Shown one piece after another: positions 61,986-64,000 of a stretch of DNA of 64,000 bases. Position 1 is the stretch's first letter, and every line of letters starts with the position of its first letter. The stretch is from Basidiobolus meristosporus CBS 931.73 (lineage: Eukaryota > Fungi > Basidiobolomycota). Below the pieces are notes generated by a model. The model was not told the origin of the DNA. It saw only the letters and a list, made by a program, of their open reading frames with translations, and made no database searches. The stretch spans positions 1 to 64,000 of the forward strand of contig MCFE01000436.1 in the NCBI GenBank assembly GCA_002104905.1, given 5' to 3'. The position numbers and the translations under genes were made by a program.

Positions 61986-64000
61986 CTGGAACTCAGTGCA
62001 CCTTGTCGATAGTAATCAAAGAAGCCAGCAATTGCTGGATGGCGGGCCAATTTATTCAGATCGCTCGACAGAAATAGAAATTCCATGAGATCAAGGAAGA
62101 GTGCGATTACCTGAAAACAAAAATCAAGTCCTTTTCCATATCAATCCAGCTCCATATTTAGCACCACGAATCTTTTTCACTTGATCCTTATTTTCTTCGT
62201 GGAACTCCCTTTTTTGCGTCCGCGTCCCCTGACTTAGAGGCCAATCATAGGCACCGCCGCATCTTGGTCCGTCTTCAGGAAAACAATCAGATCCCTTCCA
62301 GCACTCACTACACCAGGACCTTCCAATCAGCCATCAGGGCCGCATTGACCACAGTCACAATTATGAGCTCCCTAGCCGCTACGACTGCAAGCGAGCCACG
62401 TTGCCCCGCTCGCACTAGACGGCAGCAGCCCAGCTAAGATTCAGTGCAATATCGACAACCCAATACCAGGAGGACCGTGTTGGCATGATCCAGCCCAGCA
62501 CCAACCCTTTTGGTGCGCCATGCTTACGGCGATCTGCACACGCAGAACCAACCGCCATGAGGCACCTTGGGCATTTTGCCCATTGATAAACCCTTATTTG
62601 ACAGCCGATATTTGATCGTGGTGGCAAATGGTGGCCAAGAAATTCGCGGTCAAATGTATACCACCCAGATTCCGGGATTTGCCTCTAAGGAGCGGTGCAG
62701 AGTTCTCCGGAGACCCACGTCAGCCTGGCTTCACGACGGCAATCCCTTGGAGCGAGTAATGGTCGGATAGATATGTGGCGTGGTGCGCCATGGACGTACA
62801 GCTACTGACCAATGTGGTGGATAGAGCTTTCCCTCGAGTGTAGAAAAATTTCCTGAACTTATGAGACTCCTTCCAAGTGATAAAGTTTTTGCCGAGAGAA
62901 CGCCACTGCCATTAGCTGGCAAACCCCGGCTGGAGGGCTGATGGCTAATTGTAGCGACAGCTGGCTAGCTAAGCCACGGCTGGCTTGCGGCGGCTTCGGG
63001 GCAGATGTCAGAACATCATGGCGGTTGTTTCGGTGCGGATACGGGTCGAGCCATGGATGTAACCCTGAACCTGACCTTCACCCTTCTTGGAGTCTGGTAC
63101 CATACGTCAGCGCTCGATGCCAAACGGCAAACCCAACTCGATCTGCAGTTACCCACTCCAAGCTGATACTTGCGCACGGTTAATATATTGCGCCTGAAAT
63201 GGGAATGATAGTCCATCGACCAATTCATGCGGTGATGTCATCCAAAAAAATACGAATTCTATCATTAAAAATCAAATCCAATTAGGAATCGGTCGAAACG
63301 GTCAGTAGAGCCTCACAATCCACTGGTGCTCGCCAAAAATGGTCACGGAAGTCACCAAACATAGACCGCGCGAAATACGTTCACATCAGATACTGGGATG
63401 AGAATCAGGTGCCCACCGGCACGGAAGCTAGCTTGATGCATCTAGCCAGCATCGACGGTTTTCACCGGCAAAGTGGGCCACTCTGATGTGCATTCAGAGC
63501 CTATAACAGCGTACCCATCAATCCTCCAGTTTAAGAGGCGAGGTGCATTGGAGAATTTGTGACTCGGCACAAACAGAGGGCCGCACCGCAGCCCTGTTAG
63601 AACCAGCATTGGATGTTGTTTGGAAAACGGCGCTTGGCATACGTTTCTGAACCAGAAAATCCGTATGGGCAAGCCAGTTATAGCAACTCTTTGGACAAAA
63701 TGAGAGCACGGTAAGGATCGGAAGGGACACTTGAGGCTACAATTTGGTGAAGAATATCACTGTTTTCAGAAGTTCGAGAGCTTGATCGGTCTCCTGGGGA
63801 CTTTTGGACAATTGAACACGGTGAAATCAGACTTCTCCATTTCGATTAGAAGGTAGCAAAGATGGCAGCTTTGGGATGCTGCACGTAATTGCGGATGAAT
63901 GGAACGCTTTAGAGAGGTCTTGAAATTTGCATCCAGGATTCTATCGAACACCCAGCCGGGTGGCAAGATCAGATATCGATAATGGAGATGTATGAGGTGT

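Noticed and set aside
62230-62340. CCAAT boxes upstream of the bZIP start
   Set aside because: Five-base motifs are expected by chance and have no independent support.

Overview
Fungal (eukaryotic) genomic DNA with two compartments. Bases 1 to ~59,000 are a nested, CpG-depleted transposon block containing: (i) a Ty1/Copia family, including a very young full-length copy (53184-57867, TSD AGGAT) and a three-LTR copy (47026-52241, TSD CCAAT); (ii) at least three Ty3/Gypsy families; (iii) a CACTA/EnSpm-like family with a divergent second gene; (iv) a ~3.4 kb PIF/Harbinger-type (PHIS) family with AGACTTGTTCC termini, 3-bp TSDs, a compact DDE transposase (uninterrupted in one copy) and a head-to-head Myb/SANT-like gene; and (v) ~735 bp near-fully palindromic MITEs with the same termini. 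Bases ~59,000-64,000 are CpG-rich unique sequence with one two-exon Yap1/Pap1-like bZIP gene (60551-61985, minus). The most notable observations are three separate LTR elements inserted antisense into an LTR of their own family, the PHIS/foldback-MITE pair, and a bZIP basic region lacking the invariant Asn (KRKAQILTAQR). All alignments were made by eye. No database searches were run, and boundaries marked '~' are approximate.
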